This document shows positions 52,804 through 63,769 of a DNA stretch of 64,000 nucleotides, one piece after another (the stretch's first letter is position 1; each line of letters opens with the position of its first letter). Position numbers and translations under genes: made by a program. This DNA is from Lama guanicoe (Eukaryota), in the NCBI GenBank assembly GCA_013239625.1, contig MU053934.1, positions 3,986,399 through 4,050,398 of the forward strand, in the 5' to 3' direction. The notes beneath the pieces were generated by a model. The model made no database searches. It was not told the origin of the DNA and saw only the letters and a list, made by a program, of their open reading frames with translations.

Positions 52804-53216
52804 TTCACTTTTTAATCACAAACAGCAGCAACTGGAGTTATTTGAAAACCTTGCCAGTTGGTTGTGTACAGTAAAAAGCAGCCAAAGCAAGGAGATGTAA
52901 GGGGGCAGTTGGAATTGTCTGGGAGGGGGTCATCAGTGGAAACAGAGATGGACATTAGTCGAGAGTGGAGTTGATAGGAACTGTTGATGTACTGGATGAG
53001 TCATGGAGAGGACAACGGCTAGATTTATGGTCTACCAGGAGGGGCTAGTGGTGATCAGCATCCAAGGTGTCTACAGTGAACCTGCAATGAAGTTTCCCTT
53101 TGGCTTTAACGTCTGAATACTTACTGTGAATTGGGCACTGGATACTAAGATTGTGCACAAAGTTATAAAGGGGACCATTCGTGACAAATTCTAATTTCAG
53201 CTTCCTTTTCTTCTAG

Positions 53217-53257
53217 TCCTTAAAGGAAAGAAGTTAAGTCTTCCAATGCCAATTTGA
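53217..53257 (+). CDS. KDELR3: KDELR3 exon 5, coding part (41 nt)
   Basis: TTTTCTTCTAG| then (V)LKGKKLSLPMPI-TGA. Exon lengths sum to 645 nt, i.e. 214 aa plus stop. Confidence 0.95.
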
Positions 53258-53881
53258 GGGCCCTCAGATGTTCTACACCTCAACAAGGACACAAACTATT
53301 TGAAGTGTTTTCTGTGGTGACATATATGACCAAATGTTTTAAGAGAAAAATGCTTAGTGTGGACTTCAAAGCACTGATCATTCTATCTAGAAAACCTTTT
53401 TAGTATCTCCTTAAATTATAGAGGTAATTAAAATCTTGGACCTATTACCAAGTATAGTACCCTCACAACACCAACTGGACCACCAAGAAAACCTTGGGTG
53501 CTTAACCCACGAATGGGTCAAATATTGCCCTGGGAAGGCCCTAGTGTTAAACTCATGCTAAGGAACAGCCATCCCAGTCTGCACGCTGTATAGGGCAAAA
53601 ACCCCAAATGAAGACCACAGTCCAAATATTAGAGGAGTATTCTGTTAATTTTCACTTCCCAGGTAGATCATCAAGTTTAGGAAGTCAAGATACAAGGGTG
53701 ATTTCAACAGGTGTGAAATGTTATGAGGAAACAAATAACCCAGGCGTTATCTACTAGCTATTGTCTTGTTGCTTTGTGACTCAGATGTTTGCATTAAGGC
53801 CAGTCAATCCCACCTCCCTTTCACATTTTTAGGTGCTAAGGTGTTAGTCAATCCAATATCCCCAACCTTGGTCTTAAAGCA

Positions 53882-53931
53882 AATAAAGAGACTACCATTG
53901 GACTACAGACAGAATTTTTTCCAGCAATAAA
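53882..53931 (+). terminator. KDELR3 polyadenylation signals (AATAAA at 53882-53887 and 53926-53931)
   Basis: Two canonical hexamers ~630-670 nt after the stop codon. Confidence 0.75.
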
Positions 53932-53958
53932 AATCACACACCTTATTGTCAACAGTGT

Positions 53959-53964
53959 TTTATT
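53959..53964 (-). terminator. DDX17 distal polyadenylation signal AATAAA
   Basis: Plus-strand tttatt at the end of a ~2.5 kb AT-rich 3' UTR-like region. Confidence 0.75.
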
Positions 53965-56472
53965 TATACCTACAAAAGAAAACAAGATGGTATCAAAAGG
54001 ACAATTTACAAACTAAGAATAGTTAACATAAGCTCTTATTAGCATCTTGTGCCTGAACATCACACATCCACAAATCTTTCAAGTCTTAACGCAACAGGAA
54101 TGTGTTCAGAGACCAGCAAGTACGTGAATAGAGAGCACTGATCCCAAGCAAAAGCCACCAACCTTTTAGATGAGAGAAGTCCACGCAATGAATTGTTAGG
54201 GAGGGACTGGGGAGAAGCAGTCCCATAGCTTAATATGGACATCCTTTCCCTAAGTGAGTTTCATTCATGACTGCAATAATTAGCATCAAATGAGGATTCT
54301 TCTGCTCATGTTCTGAAGCAAAGGCAGAACCTGAGTTATGAGTGGCATAGAGGCAGAAGATTTAACTCGAGTTACACAGTAAAAACTCTACTAGATTTCA
54401 GCTGTGCTCAGGCCACAATAGCTTTTGAGTTTTGGAATATGCTGTTATTTTGACTTTATGATACACCCCTGGAGGAAGAAGGGAAGCAAGCAGCAGACCA
54501 AATACTGTTTGCTTGCCCAGAGACATTTCCTGCAAAGAGATGCTTTCAAGACCTGCAAGAGAGGATACCCCGTCGTGGCACCTTTGTGTTTAAAAAAACG
54601 AAACAAAACAAAACAAAACAGAATTTTGGTATAGAAGAAAAACATCTACAATGGATTAATCAGTGCTTAGACAAACTTTTTCTGAGGGAGAGATACTTTG
54701 GTTTGAAAGCACAGAGCAGTGTTGCCATGTTTTTTCCTGTGCCTACCATCCTCCCTCAACCTCAACTTCTCTAAGGGGAAAAAGAGAAATTACAGAAGAA
54801 AGGGGGAGGGAATGGTGTCAAAATTCTTACATGCATTTATTTCAGCTTATGCTGACAACCTACCTGTATGTTGCACATTCAACCACACTTTCAGTACCCC
54901 TCAGAAATAATCCCTTCTCTCTCCCTAAAGAATTTTAAAAGGAAAACAAAAACAAAAACCTCAAGTATTAAGATCTTACAAACTAGTAGGCACTCTCAGG
55001 CCTTAGCCAAAGAATGCAGTGGAGCCTTCCCCCTTCAACTACACTATGAATGAACAATACCAGTAACTATTAAAAATAGTCCCACACTGGATATGGAAGA
55101 GGTTTCTGGGGCTGACTGATCTTCCTCTCCTGTTACAGAGAACAGGAGAAGGAAATTCTTTCCAGGCCTATCTGCTATAGGAAGTCCCAGTAAAACAGTT
55201 GGTATTATATGAAGGAGACAATCTCACCTACCTTCAGATGGAGGAAAAGTAAAAGGACTTGGGCTTTAGTCCTCTGTAACTTTTCTTAAACACTACCTAC
55301 CTGTGAAAAGCTGAGTGCAAAAGGATGCTGAGGAAAATCTGCATCCAAAAGCTGTTACAAAGCAATGCAGAGAACAGAGTATGAAGAGAGTTAAGAGTTC
55401 TTAATAGACCCTTAAGATTCAAGATAATGTGGCCAAAACGGCTGAGCAGCTGGCAAGGAGTTGCTTTTATTCTAGCTCTACAGATAGTAAGTTTAAAAAG
55501 AAAATTTGCCCACTGAGTATATTGTTTATAATTAAAGGTGTTTTCTTACACTGCAGGTGAATGAATACTTAACCGGTTAATAAATTTCCAGTGAGCATCT
55601 ATGTTCTGCTCACAGCAGCTGTCTTGGTTGGAAAATCAGTTTCACAGATGGTCCCTGGTTAAATGGGGAAGAAAAATAGGCAGCTTCCACCCAGATGCTG
55701 AGATGCTACATTTAACCATTGCAGTAAGCATCTGGGATTTTTAATTTAAAAGATATACATTAAAAAAACTCAGACTCAGCAATTTAATTTCTAACCTGAC
55801 ACTAAAATGGTTATTTTTCAGTAATTGGGAAGGGGGAAGGCAGAGTATATAGGATACAAGGCCAATTAGGAATTTTTTTTTAAACTGTCAAATGCACGTA
55901 ACAAGCAATCAGCCAAAATGACAATGGTAAAGCACTGTCTTAAAAACTCATCAGGCCTGAGGAACCCTGTTCCAGCTTGAGAAACATTAAAAAGCATTAC
56001 AGAAAATGTGTAGGGAACTCACTCTTGGGTTTTTTTTTCCTACTCCAGTAATGAGAGCAATTTAAAGCACAGATGCCATCTTCTGCTGAATTCAACTCTC
56101 CACCCTCCCCCACCCCCAACTCAGGACAAAAAAAATGGGCTCCCACAAAAGGGCCCAATACCTTTTAAGATGAAAAATAGCTCAAATATCCTCAACATGC
56201 AAGAAGTTGGGGGGGGAAAAAATCTCTTCCAGTCAGCTATACATATATATATACTTTTACAAAATCTGTTACTACAACAGACTGGATCATTTTGGCGGGC
56301 AGAAGAAACCTGGCAGTGAATTCTAACTAAGCTGCATGAAAGACAAATCACAATGGTTGGGGGAAAAAATTTAAAAAGAAAAAGAAAGAAAAAGGGAAGA
56401 GGGAAAAAGGGAAAGATAGCGTTGCTTTAAATGTAGTAAGTCTGCACAAAAGTCACTACCACTTGAGTGGTT

Positions 56473-56978
56473 TCATTTACGTGAAGGAGGAGGGGGAGGA
56501 GGAGGAGGAGGGTATTGGTAGGCAGTCTGCCCCATGTAACCTATCATATTGGTAGCTCCTGGAGGCTGTGCAAACTGTTGTGACATCAGTGGCTGTGGCT
56601 GCTGCCCAGACCGGCCTATCCCACTAAACTGCTGGCTAGAGCTCTGTGAACTTCTCCCAGTTGAAGTGGTGCTACTAGCCCCGTAAGTGCCAGCGCCATA
56701 TTCCTGGGCGGTATAACCACTGGTGCCATAAGCAGCTGCCCCATAGGTGCCTTGACCATAGGTATATTGGCCTGCTTGTGCTCCAAAGGCAGAATTTGGA
56801 CTTCCATAGCCACTGCCGTTAGCATAACCAGCTCTATCGGTTTCACTACGATCCCGATAGCTTGCAGAGTCTCTCCGGCCACCATCTTTGACTCCTCGAA
56901 GCCTCCGGTCACACTCATCCTGATACATCAGATTGGGATTGTTGGCTGAAGAAGTGGTCCGGTATCGAGAACGACCTC
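56473..56978 (-). CDS. DDX17: DEAD-box helicase DDX17 (p72/p82), last coding exon
   Basis: TCATCAG| then GRSRYRTTSSANNPNLMYQDECDRR...YQYPPPPPPPPPSRK-TGA, the characteristic DDX17 low-complexity tail. Confidence 0.97.
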
Positions 56979-57756
56979 CTGATGAGGACATAAGGAATTT
57001 TCAATGCCAGATACATGATTCAAACATTAACCACACGTGAAAATGCTACTAGGTATAAAAGTATTCATATTCTTTCTTAATTTAGCTAGGCCAGCTTCCA
57101 AATGAACATTTTTAAAAATCACCCATAATTTGACTCTTTAAGAGAATATATTCAAATATTCAACTTTTCACCTTCTAGGCCCTTTCATTATTTGAAGATT
57201 ACCAAGAAACACCCTCTAAAAAATGCAGGAAGGATCGTAAGAATGGTAAAAAAAAAAAAAAAAAAAAAAGATCCTCCACTAGTGCATAGTGGTTCTCAAA
57301 TGTTGCTTTGCAGACCTAACTACATCAGAATGATCAAGCTTTAGAATAAAAGTTCAGGTTCCTAGCTCAATTTCAAAAAAAAAAATCTGTATTTTAAAAA
57401 CCTCTAAAGGAATTCTGATGTAGAGCTTTAACATGCAGTAAACTGGGGAAAAATCCTATCAAACTGATAGGCAAGAAACTCAGATCCTAGTGTATTTTGC
57501 AACTGTTAAACTATACCTGTCTCTACCATCATAAACGGTGTGAAATTATTGATTTCTCTATATGGAAAACTGAAAACATAACAAACCACTAAGGTTTTGA
57601 CAGGCCCCAAATGTCATATTGTCTTACTTAGTAATTTTTCACAGTTTCTTCTAAGTAACATACATAAAACCTTCACTGGATTAAAAAAATAAGGCACAAT
57701 GAACACAAAAATAGATACCTTGGCAGTACCTGGAAAACTCCAGGACTTACCCTTAC

Positions 57757-57993
57757 CCCCTCCTCCGCCGCCTCCTCTGTGGTCCACCAGCTGCATCAGT
57801 TTTGGATTGATAGCCTGATTAGCCTCTTCTAGCACTTTGATCAACTCTCTGGCCTGCTTTAGGTTCCCTGGGGTGAAGAAGGTGTAGGCAGTGCCCTTGT
57901 TGGTGCTACGGGCTGTTCGGCCAATACGGTGCACATAATCCTCTGAGCTGTTTGGATAGTCATAGTTGATCACAAACTTGACATCTTCCACAT
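57757..57993 (-). CDS. DDX17: DDX17 penultimate exon (exon 12), downstream copy, 237 nt (243 nt with the alternative donor at 57751)
   Basis: (D)[33 protein letters not shown]...[11 protein letters not shown] includes helicase motif VI (HRIGRTAR). AG and GT flanks are intact. Confidence 0.85.
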
Positions 57994-58211
57994 CTTCAAA
58001 GCCAACAATGAGTCAGTGTGTAGGTTGATGTTGCAGGGAAAGAGAAGGTAAAGGACATGCCAACAACAGGTGGGAAGCACGAATGCAGGTGACAGACAGT
58101 TTCTTCTAAGTAACATACATAAAACCTTCACTGGATTAAAAAAATAAGGCACAATGAACACAAAAATAGATACCTTGGCAGTACCTGGAAAACTCCAGGA
58201 CTTACCCTTAC

Positions 58212-58448
58212 CCCCTCCTCCGCCGCCTCCTCTGTGGTCCACCAGCTGCATCAGTTTTGGATTGATAGCCTGATTAGCCTCTTCTAGCACTTTGATCAAC
58301 TCTCTGGCCTGCTTTAGGTTCCCTGGGGTGAAGAAGGTGTAGGCAGTGCCCTTGTTGGTGCTACGGGCTGTTCGGCCAATACGGTGCACATAATCCTCTG
58401 AGCTGTTTGGATAGTCATAGTTGATCACAAACTTGACATCTTCCACAT
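58212..58448 (-). CDS. DDX17: DDX17 exon 12, upstream copy (identical duplicate)
   Basis: Same sequence and splice sites shifted by 455 nt. This copy keeps the native upstream intron and branch point. Confidence 0.85.
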
Positions 58449-61400
58449 CTTCAAAGCCAACAATGAGTCAGTGTGTAGGTTGATGTTGCAGGGAAAGAGA
58501 AGGTAAAGGACATGCCAACAACAGGTGGGAAGCACGAATGCAGGTGACAGCAAGAGGAGAGAAGATTAAGTTAGTAACCACTCTGAACAGGAACAAAAAA
58601 AGACTCATCCCAACAGAGTAAAAGCGGATTAATGATGCTTGGGACATGCAAAGGAAGGGGCACCTTTATCAGCTGTAAAATCCTAAGGGAATCCCATTCA
58701 ACCACCCAAACTCCTGCCTCTCCTCTGTTTTACACAATATACTGACAGGAGTTATACTAAATTCCAGTTCCATCCTTTTCAAGACTGGAATGTAGAAGGT
58801 GGTACCGCCACTAAGTTACAAGGCCAAATCACTTCTACTCTGTTGGGAGAAGCCTGGCAAAATCTACCAGTAATATAATAAACTTACCTTTAAACCAGTC
58901 ACAGAGCAAAATGAAAAATAAAAAACAAAACAAAAAAACTTCATATACTTTATTACTACATTTTCATGGAGACTTAAAGCAAGATATTTAGATCAAAAAA
59001 TTCTTTTGCTTATATTAAAAAAACCCTGATCAGAGCCAAAGTTAAGTACACATTCATTTTCCTTCAAATTATCTTTCCCCTTTCAATTACCACAAGAGCA
59101 CATTACACTAAAATTTCACTGTACTACCAAGCCCAGCTCTGCCAAATGAGGTTTTTTTTCTCAACTCAAGGTTATTTCAACTCAGTCCTTGCTTCAATTA
59201 TCAAAGGTTGTCTACATAACCTGGAAAATTAAATAACCAGAGTGTGGGAAAAACCATGAAACCTTGAGATACAAGTTTAATGTTCTGTCCACTGCTGGGA
59301 ATTAGATTGAATAACCTCCTAAAGCTTAAAATATGTAAATGTTAGTGTAATGCTTTCAGCTAAATGTATATTTTTACCTACTTATACAAACAAGTTTAAT
59401 ATAACAAAGAATCCTAATGTTTTGTGGAAAAAAATCTGCATTTTACAAAGAATATTCAGAAAATATCCTAGATAAAACACAGATTTTTGTGATATAAATA
59501 ATTAAAAAACATTCTCTGTTTGTTACCAGACCGATGCACACTCCCTCCTCCTTTGGGAAACCGCTGCAGCCGATCCCGTCTCTTTGCCTTTTATTTTTGG
59601 CGGCCTCCTTTCGAAAACTCCGCCTTCTGACACGGGACCACTGGAGCGCGGGGAGCATGCATCAAGGGTCCGTGGCAGTGAGAAGTCCCCACACACGCTC
59701 GCTCTGTGAACTGGCTTAGATGCTTCTCTGTAGCCCCATTTGGTTGCCAAGCGCCGGAGAACCTGGGTTCGGGTAAAAATTTCAGGTCCTCCAACGCCTC
59801 CCCCAAGGATAATTGGGGTGATTGTAGAAAAAAATAATTAATAAAAAATGTAAGTTACATCCAAAGGGTCAGACTGCATCTATTGCCCAGACTGGATTAA
59901 TTTCAGGGGGAAGGGGAGATGATTTAAAAAAAAAAAATTCAGCTGTTGTTAAAGGGCCTGTGAAGAAAGGGGCATTATGTCTGTTTCTTATTACAATAAA
60001 GGCTCCTCAGTCTTTACTGACCCCTAAAGTCCTGAAATCACACCAGAAAGACGAGAAGGCAGTTATCACAGGGGGCAGCGTGAGTCTCCGGCTAGGGTCG
60101 TTGATGTAACTAAGGAAAACAAAAATTTACAGGGCCAGAATAGATGAGACTGGGGAGGGAAGGGGAGGTACGGGGTAGACGGGGAATTACGCTTCATGAC
60201 CACGTCTTCAGAGCTAGGAAACAATGCTCCTTAGTTAATCCCACTATGTACAACCATAGGCAGCAGAGCAGACTGAATTACTGCACTGGATGCATAGACA
60301 TGTGCTTTCCTAGCAGAAAGCACTGGGGACTGGAGTCAACAGTTCAGATACTAATACTTGGGAATACTTCTGGAGGGGTTCAATAAGGGGCAGACATGGT
60401 GCCAGTTCTTCATACTAGAAAGGTGTCTTGTGTGTGCACACATACAGCTGGCTGAGGGCACATTAAGAGCAAGCGCAGAATCTGGTTTTCTCCAGTCAAG
60501 CCTGCCCTGACATTATTCGTGCACTGCCGCTGTATTACCTTGGTGCCTTTAGAGAAGATGCTGTAGCAGGGTAAGAAATCAAAAAGTTAATGTTTTGGCC
60601 AGCTGCCTAGGATAAGAACTTTTGTCTGACAAGCCCTATGACATGGCCTGAATCTCCAATCTCTAATCAGGAGGGGCTGAGACTAGCCAATAGGCTCATC
60701 TAGAGCTGCTTCGGGCCAATGTAGATTTGCCTCGGCCATGTACTGAGTGATCTGCAGCTGATAGCAAAGCTTCTGTTAAAAAACAAAACAAAATAAATTC
60801 AATACTTTAGTTTAACAGTGTGTAGTTTAAACCAAAAACGGAAAAATTAAAAATATCCCATTGGAAAGGGAATAGTGGTTTCCTGAGGATGACTATTAGA
60901 AAATTATGGGAATCAAAGAACTTACCTGAAGGGAACATTTAAGAGGCCATCGCTCGACAGGAAGTGAAAAAAGGCCTGGTGACTCAGCTGAAAATTGCAC
61001 CCCTGTCTATGAGGTAGAAGCCTTCACTTTCCAGGATCTTGTAGGACCTTGGTCAGCATTCTGCCATTTTGGTGGGTTTCCCCCTTCCTTTTGATTTTTA
61101 TAAGGCAGCAAACAAAGGGGCCCAAAACAAGCACGGATGCTGAGTAACAAGAAACAGACTCAGGTACCTTCCCTCTCCCCTCTCTTGGATGAGTGGGGGT
61201 GGGATGAAGAGTCTAAGTTATTCTAATGACAGCCAATTGATTTGGTTTAGGAATGCAGGGGGACACAGAACAAATATTTTAAATTGTCTAGGCAAGATGC
61301 ACAAAGAAGCTACCAGCACATAGCAAGCCTGTTTAAAAACCACCATCACTGAAAGCTTTTATGTAAACCGCTTTCAGGCCTCAGCCTCTTCTCCCAACAG

Positions 61401-61979
61401 GCCCAAGTTCTAACCGCACAGATCCAGACATGACCTCAGAGGGCAGAGACAATTTTTCAGTCATGGCTGCAAGTCACCACCTCTGAAGGAGGGAATGATG
61501 AGTGCAATGTACAAAAAGTCATCATTACTTTTGTATTCCAGTTTGAATACTTGTTCTCTTAATGTTGAGTATCATAAGGGAAGATGGTACTTCTTGCCTT
61601 ACTAGGCAAGAAATTATGTTAATTTTAAAGTATCTTTGTAACAGAAATAGTCTCATCTTTTTTAATATATAAGTTTTGAGTTACACCTGTTTTGTTCAGA
61701 ATAATGGGCTAACCACAGAATACCTCTATATATCTTAGATCATAACAGGTTGAAAACTCCAGAATGTCAGCTTCAAATCAAGTTCTTAAATTGAAGACAG
61801 CACATCTATGATATAAGTATGGGTGGGAAGAGGGGATAACAGAGTGCTCATGATAATTTTACTTCAGTAAATCATGTTGGGCAGTGCAGATTTAATTGCT
61901 GAAAGATAACATTATTTACAGATTTACTAAATCCCCAAAACGTACTATGACAGCATTCATGAAACTGGACCTCCATACA

Positions 61980-61981
<2 letters not shown>

Positions 61982-62023
<42 letters not shown>
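61982..62023. repeat. (TC)n microsatellite in DDX17 intron 11
   Basis: Uninterrupted TC run. Confidence 0.95.
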
Positions 62024-62026
<3 letters not shown>

Positions 62027-62461
62027 CACAGACTTGTAGAGGGGTGAAAAATTACTGAAGAAACTAGCTTCTAATAGCTAGGTTCAATCAGGCTCATTCT
62101 ATCCACCCAGAAAATAGAATAAAACCAGGAAGAAGTTGAGCTGTTCAACTGAATGTCTCCTCTCCCTCTTACTGTTTAAAACAGTCATGCCTAGGCCTTG
62201 CTGCAGACCAAAGCCTGTTTTGTAGGAGCAGAAAGAGACTTTGAGAACAAAAGGAAAAAACAAAAAAACAAACAAAAAAACCCACCAAGGTAAAAAAAAA
62301 CTGTGGGGGGGGCGCGCCAGAAATCACACGCTTTGTATGTATGCTTCTCTTTTAAGTATTTATCTAAACACATGTATGTGCAACTCTAGTATGAAATGAC
62401 AAACACATCTTTAAACCAAAAGATACATATACCATTGACAGAGACACCTATCTATACAAAC

Positions 62462-62521
62462 CTAGCCCACGGGAGGCTACATCTGTGGCAATGAGAATGG
62501 GAGCCTTTCCAGAACGGAACT
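62462..62521 (-). CDS. DDX17: DDX17 exon 11 (60 nt)
   Basis: TTTTGCAG| then (E)FRSGKAPILIATDVASRGL then |GTTTG; helicase motif V. Confidence 0.95.
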
Positions 62522-62969
62522 CTGCAAAACAAGGATACCATGAAAGCCAAGTTATAATTAAGGCTAAACGATATGTATTTTTAAAAAAGACCAAATAAAT
62601 ATTTCCAGCTATCTGGCCTTTTTACCCTACCATGCTAAACTTTCAAGTAATGGTGTCAGAACATGGCAAGCTCTTTTAAATTTACAGGTAATAGTAATTC
62701 TTTTCAAAATATTTATTATATTCACCTTTAACAGAGAAGCAACAGATTTTTTAAAAAGTTACCTCTAATAATGAAGTGCCATTAAAATAGTGTGGCAACA
62801 TGTAACAAAATTAATATGATCCAGAATTTTTCTTCCCTTAAATTATGTCAAAAATCACCTCCCAAATGAAACAAAATCAAAAGTGGGGGTGGAGGGTGAA
62901 GAAAGGGAGTACATGAAAAGACGTGAAATGAAAGGAGACACCATAACTTTGCCCTGTGAAATAATAGAG

Positions 62970-63180
62970 TTTATGTATTGTCTCTGCCCTCAGTTCCTGG
63001 CACAGAGCCCCTAAAACCCTTTAAAATGGGGATGCTAGGAGATAGGAAGCTTGGAACTTTGAGCCTCACTCCCAGTCCTTGGAGGACAGTAGAGGAGGTG
63101 GAGACTGAGTTAAAGTGATGAAGTCTCCATTAAAATCCCACAAGTACAGGGTTTGGGGAGCTTCCAGGCTGGTGTATGTA
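62970..63180. mobile_element. Degraded ERV LTR fragment (MER21-like)
   Basis: tctctgccctcagttcctggcacagagcccctaaaaccctt...gaagtctccattaaaatccc...ggagcttcc. Confidence 0.45.
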
Positions 63181-63319
63181 CCTATAAAGAGAAGAACTAA
63201 AAAAAAAAAAAAAAAAAAGGTGGCCTAAGTAATGAAAAAGCGGTATAAAGAGCCATTACTGACCTTAAAGGATGGTGGAAATGCCAAAAATGTCCCTAAT
63301 ATTCAATTAAGTACAGCAA

Positions 63320-63535
63320 AGCTAGGCAAACCCTGGTCTACGAGTCAAATCTGGCAAAATGCCTATTTCTGCAAATGAATTTTCATTGGAACACAGCCAG
63401 GCTGTTTCTTTACATGTCTATGGCCATTTCTGTGCTAAAACAGAAGAGCTGAATAGTTGTGACACAAACCATTACACAGTTGATAAAGCTGAAAACATTT
63501 ACTACTTGGCTCTTTACAGAAACTCTGCCAATTCC
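63320..63535. mobile_element. MER58A-like hAT MITE
   Basis: ttttcattggaacacagcca...gagctgaatagttgtgaca...aaaacatttactacttggctctttacagaaa. Confidence 0.65.
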
Positions 63536-63573
63536 TGAAACAGAGCAAGGACAATGCTTAGTTTTGAACTCAC

Positions 63574-63635
63574 CATTAAGTACCCAATCTCTTTCTGGTT
63601 GACTCTTGTCTCCATGGATACACATAGCTGGCCAA
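63574..63635 (-). CDS. DDX17: DDX17 exon 10 (62 nt)
   Basis: CTGACAG| then [20 protein letters not shown] then |GTGAG. Confidence 0.95.
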
Positions 63636-63769
63636 CTGTCAGAAGAAAAGAGCAAAATGCATGTTATGCATTACTGAAATATTATATACTACATTCACAA
63701 TACCAATTTAGAAATTCCAACTAAACTATAAAACCTGAGGCAAATTAATTACCTCAGTGCTGCACTCAC

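Larger units (their letters stand above)
57641..58550. repeat. Tandem duplication, 2 x 455 bp (57641-58095 and 58096-58550)
   Basis: Both units begin acagtttcttctaagtaac and end gaatgcaggtgacag. No mismatch found by eye. Confidence 0.97.

Noticed and set aside
57614..58446. Two ORFs starting [13 protein letters not shown] read as separate genes
   Set aside because: They are the duplicated internal DDX17 exon read from a GTG codon into intron sequence.
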